Source of the DNA: a virus
Strand: one strand, 5' to 3'
Virus record (IMG/VR): IMGVR_UViG_3300046492_000369
Coordinates: 13,042-77,041 of that record
DNA: 64,000 nucleotides
Part shown: in pieces, positions 17,994 through 26,154 of the stretch
How the letters are laid out: each line of letters opens with the position of its first letter
Position numbering within the stretch: the stretch's first letter is position 1
Position numbers and translations under genes: made by a program
Notes under the pieces: generated by a model
What the model saw: the letters and a program-made list of their open reading frames with translations, nothing else
Database searches by the model: none
Told to the model about the DNA's origin: nothing

Positions 17994-18203
17994 TTATTCC
18001 TCGCTGGCTTTCTCGGTGTTGCTGGCGGCGGTGCGCCGGACTTCGCGCTCGATGGCGCGGGCAAATTTGAGCCATCCGGGCGGTAGTCGCTTCGGAACTT
18101 CGTGCGTGATTGAGCCGAGCGCGGCCAAAATTTGCTCGTCGGTCAGCTCGCCCGGTACCTCTGCGCTCTGCTGCGGTGCTGGTGGGACAGGTGTTGTCAT
18201 CAC
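17994..18203 (-). CDS. Small hypothetical protein
   Basis: LTDEQI...FARAIERE module common in temperate phages; SD AAGGA. Confidence 0.65.
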   Translation of the reverse strand: MMTTPVPPAPQQSAEVPGELTDEQILAALGSITHEVPKRLPPGWLKFARAIEREVRRTAASNTEKASEE

Positions 18204-18225
18204 AGTTCCTTTCTTGGTTTAAGGT

Positions 18226-20172
18226 TTAAAACAAGGCTTCAGCATGCATACCCAACCACTTCTGCATGTCTGCATCGTTGACCAGCTCTTTGTTGCGACC
18301 CAGCACCATCCTTACGCACACCACTTGGAATTCCAGTGGCAGGCGCTTGATGTACTTCATCAGTGGGTTGATGTTCACCTTGTTGATCTTGTCCGCAATG
18401 CTACCGGACAGAGCAAACAGGATGCTTGGCTCACCTGGTACCTGGATCGATTCAGGATTGGCCATGATCTCGGCTACCGTGGGCAACTGGTCGAAGATCT
18501 TGCAGTAGCTGAGAAATTCCCGTGCCACGCCTTCGGACAGGGTACCAGCCAACAGCGGCAGCATGTCGGCGTCGTTGGCGTCCATGATCTTCAGGAAGCT
18601 ATCCGCAAATTCCCATGTCCGTGGCGAAGCATAGGTACGATCCGAGTGGTCTGGCTTGAAGGTGTACAACAACGTAGGTCGGAACTCCATGAAGCTGATG
18701 ATGCGGTGGTCAAGACCAGTAGCAGACGCCCACTGTACCCATTCAACAGGATTAACCACCATTTCCATGTGCACGATACGCGACTGCAGTGCAGTGCTCA
18801 TCTGCTCGACGATGGCTCCATCGGTTTCTAGGTTACCAGCACAGACTACCGCCACATTCTTATGCAGGTTGTACTTGCCCACCATCCGATCGAGCACGAC
18901 CTTGTAAGACGCGGCTTGAACGGCGACCGAAGCACTGTTGAACTCATCCAGGAACAGCAACCAACCATTATAAGCTTGGCCATTTTCTGGATTAATAGGT
19001 AATGAGTCACCTTCAATAGGAAAAGTGTCCATTGGCAAATACCCGGCACGATTACCTTGTATATTAGGAAATCCGAGGATATCTGTAGGGTCACATTGAG
19101 AAAGACGTAAATCAATCAATTTAAGATTATATTCACGCGCTATTTGATGCACGATTCCTGACTTACCCTTGGTATTCAAGAGAGTACGTTACCCCCCTCT
19201 CCGCTATTAAGCTGCTCATGCTTTCGCATGAGAATAGACTATATCTTCATCTTATACTGACATGGCCGACACATAATGTTGGTCTGTCTCAGCGTCGAAG
19301 AATCAGTTCTGCATACAAGTTTTGTAGGGCAATTAGAGCAATAAAATTCTACAAAATTACGTGGATTTTCATTGATCACTCGAATAAAATTCAAGCCTAA
19401 TTTTTCCCTGAAAAATTTCTCTGTTACAGCAAACTTGGCAGCACTTGCTGCTTTACTGGCATTCAGATAGGGTGTTTTACCCATACTAATCGCGTGTAAT
19501 TGATTTCCTGATTTTGTAGTCCATTCCAGATTGTCTTTCCAATCATGGCCAGGAACCAAATCCTTGTGATTTACTTCCACATCATCTGGTCCTTTGACCA
19601 GATAAATTTCAGCAACCATTCGGTGTACAAAAAATCGTTCAGTTTTACCTTGTATTGACAGAGTAACCCGACGATAGCCTTTTGGCATTACATCGGCTTT
19701 TAGTGCAGTACTTTTTCCTTTTCGATATACATTCCCATCTTCTGATACCAGATAAGGCGTATTTCTGAATTGACGCATATTTTACCTTTTAAGGAGAACC
19801 ACATACATGGTAGACCTGTTGAGGTAAAAAGTAAAGAGCTTCCCATTTCCACCCACTTGGGTGTACGGCTTTCGCCTAGTCGTTGAACGTTCACCTATAC
19901 GGTGCTTCGCTGCTGATTGCCCAATTCTCATACTTTTCAAGCCTTGGCTTTGTCTTTCGACGCGCAGTGGCAATGAGACTATCAGGAGTTTCCAGCAATT
20001 AGAGAAGTTTGTTTTGACACCTCACGGTGAAAGCTATCTAGTAGAGTCAAATAGCTGGTGAGCCATGAATCATGGCCACACGCTTAGCCTTGATGCAGGC
20101 CGTGACCATGCGGATGGCCTGACTGATGGTGACTTTCAGGGTCTGTTGTACTTCGTTGTCGTTCTTTGCCAT
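18226..20172 (-). CDS. MoxR-like AAA+ ATPase (N4 gp24-like), spliced: exon 1 20172-20050, exon 2 19167-18226 (354 aa)
   Basis: Exon 1 ends ...MIHGSPAI and exon 2 begins GKSGIVH, which restores Walker A GSPAIGKS. Also LFLDEFN (Walker B), AGN and SPRTW. Confidence 0.92.
19168..20049 (-). mobile_element. Group I self-splicing intron (882 nt)
   Basis: P1: exon GCUAUU pairs with IGS GAUAGC (20038-20033), U-G at the 5' splice site. P AAUUGCUGGAAA; Q AAUCAGCAG; R GUUCAACGACUAG; S AAGAUAUAGUCU (P7 GACUA/UAGUC); P3 CUUCUC/GGGAAG; terminal G at 19168. Confidence 0.93.
19239..19778 (-). CDS. Intron-encoded HNH homing endonuclease (I-HmuI-like) with C-terminal CxxC/CxxC
   Basis: YLVSEDGNV...GYRRV.L...VHRMVAE...VNHKD......NLEW.T...N..H. 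AT-rich; the stop codon lies in the intron S element. Confidence 0.88.
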   Translation of the reverse strand: MRQFRNTPYLVSEDGNVYRKGKSTALKADVMPKGYRRVTLSIQGKTERFFVHRMVAEIYLVKGPDDVEVNHKDLVPGHDWKDNLEWTTKSGNQLHAISMGKTPYLNASKAASAAKFAVTEKFFREKLGLNFIRVINENPRNFVEFYCSNCPTKLVCRTDSSTLRQTNIMCRPCQYKMKI

Positions 20173-20189
20173 GTTGTACTTTCGTTGGT

Positions 20190-20840
20190 TTAGCAGCTGC
20201 AGGACAGGAAATTACCCTGATTTTCGTTGTCTACTTTCTGTCCAGTGACGATCTCGTAAGCAGGCCAGAAGATGTCCGGGTCGATCGAACGTCCTTCAAA
20301 ACGACCACCTTCGGACCAGTAGTGCCAGCCATCAGCGGCATGTACTTTGGCATGAGCCATCAGATCGTCATATTCGACGCCCAGCCGGTCTGCGATGTCC
20401 ATAATGGTCTGCTTGGCTACAGCCCCTTCTTCACGCACCAGCAGCTTCATCTGGTGCAGCTGTTCTTCGGTGGCTTGAGGTTCACGCACCTGTTCAGTCT
20501 CACCACTGGCCGGGAAGTCCGGGTGTTCCCAGACATGACGCAGGGAGGTGATTTGACGGGGATACACGATCAGCCAGAAATGCTCACCTTTTTTGATACC
20601 ACCGCGCTTGATAATAAAGGGATCTACGATACCTACCGTTTTCCAGTCTTCGCCTGTTTGAGCGTAGTTATATGCTTTACCATCGTGACCAATGCCCACA
20701 TGTTGCCCAGGCTTCAGGTCACATCCAGCTTCGATGGGTTCTACGCCAAGGTGAATAGCGTCACGCTTTTCTTGTTGCGTATGAATCATGCCAAGGGTAG
20801 CCAAGGCATCGGTGATGGGGGAACGGCTATCTGCGGCCAT
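20190..20840 (-). CDS. Conserved phage hypothetical protein
   Basis: RDAIH...GIVDPF...FWL..YP..ITSLRHVWEHP; start ATG 20840. Confidence 0.75.
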   Translation of the reverse strand: MAADSRSPITDALATLGMIHTQQEKRDAIHLGVEPIEAGCDLKPGQHVGIGHDGKAYNYAQTGEDWKTVGIVDPFIIKRGGIKKGEHFWLIVYPRQITSLRHVWEHPDFPASGETEQVREPQATEEQLHQMKLLVREEGAVAKQTIMDIADRLGVEYDDLMAHAKVHAADGWHYWSEGGRFEGRSIDPDIFWPAYEIVTGQKVDNENQGNFLSCSC

Positions 20841-21012
20841 ATTTTTCTCTCTCTGAAGTGGGAAGCACCAACGCCAGCATGGTGTTGTGCTTACGTTGTA
20901 GTTTGATGAGCCTGCGCAGCTCACTGCTGGGAGTGTTCTTCACACCCCGTTTTTGAAGGAATGAGATCCGTTGATTAACCTCAACCGGTGTGAATGCCTT
21001 CACACCTTTCAT
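20827..21012 (-). CDS. Small basic hypothetical protein
   Basis: 4-bp overlap with the upstream ATPase gene. Confidence 0.5.
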   Translation of the reverse strand: MKGVKAFTPVEVNQRISFLQKRGVKNTPSSELRRLIKLQRKHNTMLALVLPTSEREKYGRR

Positions 21013-21806
21013 GGCATGGCCAGAGTTTTCTGGAAAGTTGTCTTAGCTACTTCTTTAGGCTTGAGACCACCTTCAATAAAGTACTGATGCAGCAGAGTGT
21101 TGATCATGCGTACACCAATGGTGTTCTTCTCGTGGTTTTCGGTCAAAACCTTCATGATGGACGTAACTACCAGATCTTTGCTGACAGTAGGAATCAGAGT
21201 CAGATAATGGGCCAGTAGTTTGCTGTTCTCCAGAATATTCTGCATCTGTTCAAGGCTGACTTTATCCATTCCATAAGCCAAGCCAACACGACCAAGAAAT
21301 TCTGTCTTCAAACCGAATTCACGCAGCCTGTCGATCGTAATGTTCTCTTCACCATTGAAAGCACCAGCAAAGATGAATAAGACATTATCTGTCTTGATGT
21401 TATGGTACTTGCCGTAGTCAGCCGAGATGTTGGCCAGTCCTTCAAGCGCTTTCAGGAACTCATTCTGCACGCCATTGGTGGTTTCATGGGCCAATGCGGA
21501 GTTGGAGTTGCCACTGATGAACAGCTTGTCAAACTCATCAACGAAGCACACCACTGGACGGCCACCATACTGCACCAATGGAGCCAGTGCCTTGGACAGG
21601 GAATTGCCTGCGGTGCCTTCCTTGGTCAAGCCAGCCGCATTGATCTCAACCATGGGGAGGTCAAGCTCTTCGCACAGCATGCCGATGTTGTGGCTCTTGC
21701 CTGAACCGGAGGGACCGGTGACGATGAAATGCGGACGGATCTCGCCTTCACTGTTGAGGTAGATGTTAAGGATGCGACGGATGCTGTCGATGGACTTCTG
21801 GCTCAC
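21009..21806 (-). CDS. ClpX/HslU-like AAA+ ATPase
   Basis: GPSGSGKS, VDEFDKL, GVQNEFLKALEG, TDNVLFIFAGAF, GLKTEFLGR. Confidence 0.85.
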   Translation of the reverse strand: MSQKSIDSIRRILNIYLNSEGEIRPHFIVTGPSGSGKSHNIGMLCEELDLPMVEINAAGLTKEGTAGNSLSKALAPLVQYGGRPVVCFVDEFDKLFISGNSNSALAHETTNGVQNEFLKALEGLANISADYGKYHNIKTDNVLFIFAGAFNGEENITIDRLREFGLKTEFLGRVGLAYGMDKVSLEQMQNILENSKLLAHYLTLIPTVSKDLVVTSIMKVLTENHEKNTIGVRMINTLLHQYFIEGGLKPKEVAKTTFQKTLAMP

Positions 21807-21816
21807 GGCAATACTC

Positions 21817-21960
21817 CTATTTTTTGGTTTTGGTTCGGTTGATTTGTTGAATATTTAATTTTTTAAACATGCGACGAGCTTCGTGCAGGGCTGGTGACAT
21901 GTGGGTAAGTCCCAGGCGGTAGTGCACGATGTTCCAAGCCCAGCGAATATGGAACCACAT
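21817..21960 (-). CDS. Small basic hypothetical protein (47 aa, not in the ORF track)
   Basis: MWFHIRWAWN...KTKK; TAATG overlap with the upstream ORF. Confidence 0.45.
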   Translation of the reverse strand: MWFHIRWAWNIVHYRLGLTHMSPALHEARRMFKKLNIQQINRTKTKK

Positions 21961-22103
21961 TACTGTGCATCCAGCAGTTCTAGTACAGCTTCGCTTACCG
22001 CCTGATCATAGGCAGTTAGTACGTCATTGCGACCCCAGCCAGTCTTAGTGGCTAATTTGGCGGCAAACTTGGCACGAACCAAGTCAAGTAGCTTTTTGTT
22101 CAT
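21960..22103 (-). CDS. Small hypothetical protein (47 aa, not in the ORF track)
   Basis: MNKKLLDLVRAKF...KTGWGRND; SD AAGGAG. Confidence 0.6.
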   Translation of the reverse strand: MNKKLLDLVRAKFAAKLATKTGWGRNDVLTAYDQAVSEAVLELLDAQ

Positions 22104-22299
22104 CTTGTAGCTCCTTCAGCAGCGTGTTGTGGTAGATCATCAGCAAGCTGACGATAGAGTTGGGTGTTTGTAGTGGTAACTGACTTAAAGCAAGGTCAAT
22201 AACCGACTGAAGGCTGTTCAGTGTGGGGAACAGCCCCATTGGTACCGGACGGACGACCGGCTGCTCAGTTGACTTAGTTGAACTTGCTTTAGTACTCAT
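22084..22299 (-). CDS. Hypothetical protein
   Basis: 4-bp overlap; YHNTLLK motif. Confidence 0.7.
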   Translation of the reverse strand: MSTKASSTKSTEQPVVRPVPMGLFPTLNSLQSVIDLALSQLPLQTPNSIVSLLMIYHNTLLKELQDEQKAT

Positions 22300-22769
22300 G
22301 CAGCCTCCAGATCAAAGCCAAGTTGTGCACTCTTTGGAATTGGCTTGCCTTCAGGAGCTGCATACAGTGCTTGTACCGCCAAACTTTTCTTCTGTGGGTC
22401 ATCTGAAAGGATCAAGCCAGCACCAATCAGGATGACAGCTAATTGTTCCCTATTGCACTTCTTCAGGAACACGGAGATGTTGCCTGGTGTCAGTGCCGGG
22501 GTATTCAGTATCTGTTCCAGCATGTTCGGGTCAATCTTGTGCTTGTACAGCAACTGGATAACCTTATTGGCTTCAGTGTTTACATTGCCAAAGCGTGCTT
22601 TCATCGGGCTGTCGATGCCCTTCTCTTCCAACACACGGCCCACGGTGCGGGTGGAGACACCAAGAAAACTGGCGATCTCCTTGATCGTCTTGGGCTTGTC
22701 TTTGGACGTGTAAATGGTGACGATCGCCTCTTTCTGGGCGTCGGTGATTTTCTTGACAGGCATGTTCAT
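22296..22769 (-). CDS. Helix-turn-helix DNA-binding protein
   Basis: TIKEIASFLGVSTRTVGRVL. Confidence 0.8.
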   Translation of the reverse strand: MNMPVKKITDAQKEAIVTIYTSKDKPKTIKEIASFLGVSTRTVGRVLEEKGIDSPMKARFGNVNTEANKVIQLLYKHKIDPNMLEQILNTPALTPGNISVFLKKCNREQLAVILIGAGLILSDDPQKKSLAVQALYAAPEGKPIPKSAQLGFDLEAA

Positions 22770-22790
22770 ACCTCGTTGGTTTATCGGTTG

Positions 22791-22831
22791 GATATAGTAG
22801 AAAAATCAAAAATTTTATTAATTACTATATC
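22791..22831. promoter_or_regulatory. Inverted repeat with AT-rich spacer; possible middle (RNAP II) promoter element
   Basis: GATATAGTA...TACTATATC flanking AAAAATTTTATTAAT, upstream of the HTH gene. Confidence 0.35.
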
Positions 22832-22874
22832 GGTTGAGTAGTTTTGGGGAAGTCAGGGACACTTGTAAAAACTT

Positions 22875-23165
22875 CTACAAAATCACCCTGTTAGTGAGAT
22901 TCATACGCTTGGCCATGGGCTCGACCTTCCACGCACCATGGATATTCTGGCTGCCTAGCAGCCCACCTACACGCAAGGGACGAGGGAAAGCATTGGGGAT
23001 AATTCTCCGCAGGTTGTCAATCTGGCGGATATCATAAGCAGACAGGAAAGCCATGACTTCCTTGCCAGAGTACTTGGCCAATGTTTCAACTGTCTGGCTT
23101 CCCGGATCTTCCGGATTGTTAGCCACGAACTGGGCAATCTTGATCAGCAGAGTTTGATACAGCAT
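22875..23165 (-). CDS. Hypothetical protein
   Basis: SD AAGGA; ATG 23165. Confidence 0.6.
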   Translation of the reverse strand: MLYQTLLIKIAQFVANNPEDPGSQTVETLAKYSGKEVMAFLSAYDIRQIDNLRRIIPNAFPRPLRVGGLLGSQNIHGAWKVEPMAKRMNLTNRVIL

Positions 23166-23185
23166 GAATATTGTTATTCCTTGGT

Positions 23186-23554
23186 TTAAAGATGTTCCCC
23201 ACACTTGGGGCAACCGCACATATAACGCTGTGCTTCGTTCATGAAAGCGCCACAGTGGTGGCAGTTGGAGAGCTTCTTGACCTTGGGTACCGATCGAATA
23301 TCCAAGCCAGTGTCCACCAGTGCATCACTCTGCTGGCACAAGTTGGTATCCACCGTCGGACGTACCCGCTCGTCAATGTATTCCTTGGGCCAAGGTACAT
23401 CGGTGGGACGACGATAATGCATGGCCTGAGCCAGTTCAGCATCAATGACCAAGGCTTCATTCAGGTTAGTGGTGTAGCCTTCATAGCCCTGCCTCCACCA
23501 CACCATGCAGTTACCGAGATAAGTACGACTGTCTTGCAGGTAGAACTGTCTCAC
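23186..23554 (-). CDS. Hypothetical protein with C-terminal Zn ribbon
   Basis: GGAGG + GTG start; YLQDSR..GN...WW...GYTT...D.PWPK.YID; CHHC...CPKC. Confidence 0.7.
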   Translation of the reverse strand: MRQFYLQDSRTYLGNCMVWWRQGYEGYTTNLNEALVIDAELAQAMHYRRPTDVPWPKEYIDERVRPTVDTNLCQQSDALVDTGLDIRSVPKVKKLSNCHHCGAFMNEAQRYMCGCPKCGEHL

Positions 23555-23654
23555 GCTACCTCCTGTGGGAATCTGTGGGAAAAAATAGGGGAGAGCAGCC
23601 ATGTAGGCTCCTCTCCTCCAACTCACCCACCGCCCGGAGCGGCGGATGCCCTAA

Positions 23655-24896
23655 TCAGGACAATGCATAATTACTTCCCCTGATTAGTTGCCCCAAGTTG
23701 TTATTCAGTTTGGTGTAGGTACCTGGCACACCATGAATCTGGCTCAGAATGTCAGCCAGCAGCTCGCTCTCAGCCAGCTCAGCAAAGATGTTGATGTAGT
23801 GTTGGCGCAGGTGGTTCATGTGATTACCGCCACACTTGAACTCGTCATGGACGGTCACCACTGGGAAGGGCTTGTGCTTCAACATCGAAAACACGATACC
23901 AGTCAGCCCTTCTAAATGCTGCGTGGAGAGCTGGTGCACGTTGTTGTCATTGACGTATGGGAGGATCACGACATCAGCGATGCCACTACGGTTGTACTGC
24001 TCGATGTAGTAGGCCAGCTTGGTGCCAGCCTTCACATCCAATGCCGTGCAGCTGTGATTCTGGCGTATGCTGAGCTCTGCCATCATTACATCGTAGGCAT
24101 TGTTCGCCATGGCTTCATCATAGTTGCAGCGACGCTGGATGCAGCGCAGGATGTAAGCATCGACACTGTGGATCACATTGGCAGCATTGGCCCGGCCCTT
24201 CTCTTCCGGTTCATTGACAGCAAAGTTGTAGGTGAACGAGGTGTGATCGAGCTCATCAATCTCGATGCGCGCGTCCTTGTCTACCATGACCTTGATCCGC
24301 GCATCATACCCGTCCGGCAGCTTCCATGCATGTACCAATGCATGAGGTTGCCAAGAATCCAACAGTTCCTGTAACAGGATCCACGCCCCTGGTCCGATGA
24401 TGCTGGCTGCTTCATAGAAGGCTGCCAGTTCCGGGGTATCTTCCCCGAAGATCTTCTTCGGTTCAGCCTTGGAGCCATACAAGGACTTCATGTAGGCATC
24501 CTTGGAGTCGTTCCTGCTTACCCCTGTGCTGACACCGAGGATGTCCTTCATGACCTCATTGAGCTCAGTATAGGCATCCGACCGCACATTCGGATCAACC
24601 AAGCCAGTGGCAGTAGCGCCCTTGATGCAGCCAGTGAGCACGCTCATGATCTGCAAGCCAGAACAGCAGGCATCCAGTCCAACCAGATGGCCGGTTGGTT
24701 CACCATTCAATACCTTGCGGATGGTCAGTACCGCCTTCATATACAGCGGCTTCTTGTCTGCTTTATCTGCCAATGCTTCTAATTGATGCAGGTTGTTGTT
24801 AGCCCATTCGATACGTTCTTCGAACAGCAATTTATCCAAGCCAAAATGATTAGCCAAATCAATCAGCAAGTATTCCCAGCCTGAGTATAAAACCAT
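23655..24896 (-). CDS. RNA polymerase II large subunit (N4 gp16-like, RNAP2)
   Basis: T7-type motif A GLDACCSG, motif B RNDSKDAYMKSLYG, ANVIHSVDA, motif C VHDEF. Confidence 0.95.
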   Translation of the reverse strand: MVLYSGWEYLLIDLANHFGLDKLLFEERIEWANNNLHQLEALADKADKKPLYMKAVLTIRKVLNGEPTGHLVGLDACCSGLQIMSVLTGCIKGATATGLVDPNVRSDAYTELNEVMKDILGVSTGVSRNDSKDAYMKSLYGSKAEPKKIFGEDTPELAAFYEAASIIGPGAWILLQELLDSWQPHALVHAWKLPDGYDARIKVMVDKDARIEIDELDHTSFTYNFAVNEPEEKGRANAANVIHSVDAYILRCIQRRCNYDEAMANNAYDVMMAELSIRQNHSCTALDVKAGTKLAYYIEQYNRSGIADVVILPYVNDNNVHQLSTQHLEGLTGIVFSMLKHKPFPVVTVHDEFKCGGNHMNHLRQHYINIFAELAESELLADILSQIHGVPGTYTKLNNNLGQLIRGSNYALS

Positions 24897-24908
24897 GTTA
24901 TTTCTCCT

Positions 24909-25139
24909 TTATAGTGGAATGTTCAGTACTAAGCAGAGCATCTTGATCTCTGCCGGGATATCTGAAAGATTAATTGGACTGGTATGGGATACCGTTATTA
25001 CGCGGTACCAGAATGCAGATTTATTGCCCCAATGATGTCCAAGCTTTTCTCGAATGATAGCGCCATAAGGAAGAAACTTTGGCCATTCATCGTATTCTCC
25101 ATACAGTTTGCCTTCGTAAAACACGATAACCTTAGCCAT
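24909..25139 (-). CDS. Small paralog E of the tandem array
   Basis: VIVFYEG...DIPAEIKMLCLVLNI; SD AAGGAG. Confidence 0.8.
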   Translation of the reverse strand: MAKVIVFYEGKLYGEYDEWPKFLPYGAIIREKLGHHWGNKSAFWYRVITVSHTSPINLSDIPAEIKMLCLVLNIPL

Positions 25140-25148
25140 AAGTCTCCT

Positions 25149-25367
25149 TTATAGATTCAATACCAGTGCCAGCATTTGAGTTTTCTTAGGTACATTATGT
25201 ACTGGGATAATTACTCCATCGGTGTTATACCAATTAGTTGGAATACCCATCAATGGTTGATAAGTACGATTGAACACATAGATATCATCTCTACATTCTG
25301 GTAGATCGTACCAATGATTAGATGATGCTATTACTTTGTCATTCTGAAATACTGTGAAGAGCGCCAT
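25149..25367 (-). CDS. Small paralog D of the tandem array
   Basis: FTVFQND...NVPKKTQMLALVLNL; SD AGGAG. Confidence 0.8.
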   Translation of the reverse strand: MALFTVFQNDKVIASSNHWYDLPECRDDIYVFNRTYQPLMGIPTNWYNTDGVIIPVHNVPKKTQMLALVLNL

Positions 25368-25375
25368 GTAATCTC

Positions 25376-25612
25376 CTATAGATTTAATACCAATGCCAGC
25401 ATCTGTAATACCTTGGGTACATCCTCGATTAATACTGGTGTCTTATCTGATCTGTACCATCGAGTGTATTTGTTTTCTGGGACATGGACATAAGCACCGT
25501 TATAGACCTCGTGATAATCCTCCATGGATCGTAGATATTGGTGATATTCCTTCCAGCTATCGAACTCACCGAATACCTGAGTTCCATAGAAGACCACTAA
25601 TTGCTTTGCCAT
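25376..25612 (-). CDS. Small paralog C of the tandem array
   Basis: LVVFYG...DVPKVLQMLALVLNL; SD AGGAGG. Confidence 0.8.
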   Translation of the reverse strand: MAKQLVVFYGTQVFGEFDSWKEYHQYLRSMEDYHEVYNGAYVHVPENKYTRWYRSDKTPVLIEDVPKVLQMLALVLNL

Positions 25613-25620
25613 GTAGCCTC

Positions 25621-25863
25621 CTATGGATAGACCAATGCGGTCATCTGATATTGTTTAGGTACTTCACCCAATTCCAATAGTTCCCATTGATTGCCTTTGT
25701 CACGTCCAAGCGTACTGTAGAACACACGCACCCATGCCCATTCAGTTCCAATCTTCTGACATGCGATGGTATCTACAGGTAATCCATAAGGCCGAGGCAG
25801 TGTTTGTACCACCAGCCCCAGCACCCTGCCATCCGGGTAGAACAGGATGAGATTTGATGCCAT
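25621..25863 (-). CDS. Small paralog B of the tandem array
   Basis: LILFYPDG...EVPKQYQMTALVYP; SD AGGAG. Confidence 0.8.
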   Translation of the reverse strand: MASNLILFYPDGRVLGLVVQTLPRPYGLPVDTIACQKIGTEWAWVRVFYSTLGRDKGNQWELLELGEVPKQYQMTALVYP

Positions 25864-25872
25864 TGGTTTCTC

Positions 25873-26154
25873 CTATGGATGGACGAGTGCGATCATCTGG
25901 AACTTCTTAGGTGGATCAGCACGACCGGGACCATAATGAACCCAATCTATCTGAAGAGACTTATCTGATTGGCTCCAGCTTGCCATTCTTAATTGGCTCC
26001 ATGGATCTTGTAATGGATAACCTTTTAGTTCAGGGTTATATGCCCATGTACCAATCGGATGGTCTATCTTATTGGGATATCCCATCCCTGCATATTCCAC
26101 AATGGTTCCATCAGGATAGAACAACAGCAGTCTAGTAACCACTTGGTACCCCAC
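25873..26154 (-). CDS. Small paralog A of the tandem array
   Basis: LLLFYPDG...DPPKKFQMIALVHP; start GTG 26154 or 26142, overlapping RNAP1. Confidence 0.75.
   Translation of the reverse strand: MGYQVVTRLLLFYPDGTIVEYAGMGYPNKIDHPIGTWAYNPELKGYPLQDPWSQLRMASWSQSDKSLQIDWVHYGPGRADPPKKFQMIALVHP

Noticed and set aside
18226-19179. Tracked ORF read as a complete or truncated ATPase starting MNTKGKS
   Set aside because: The TTG start lies inside the intron 3' end and the Walker A is incomplete; the spliced model explains it better.
19700-20061. Short ORFs 19700-19894, 19782-19973 and 19861-20061
   Set aside because: They are translations of the intron catalytic core RNA.
24909-26154. CRISPR array, DGR or integron explanation for the paralog array
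   Set aside because: No identical repeats with spacers, no reverse transcriptase or TR/VR pair, and no attC sites or integrase in the window.
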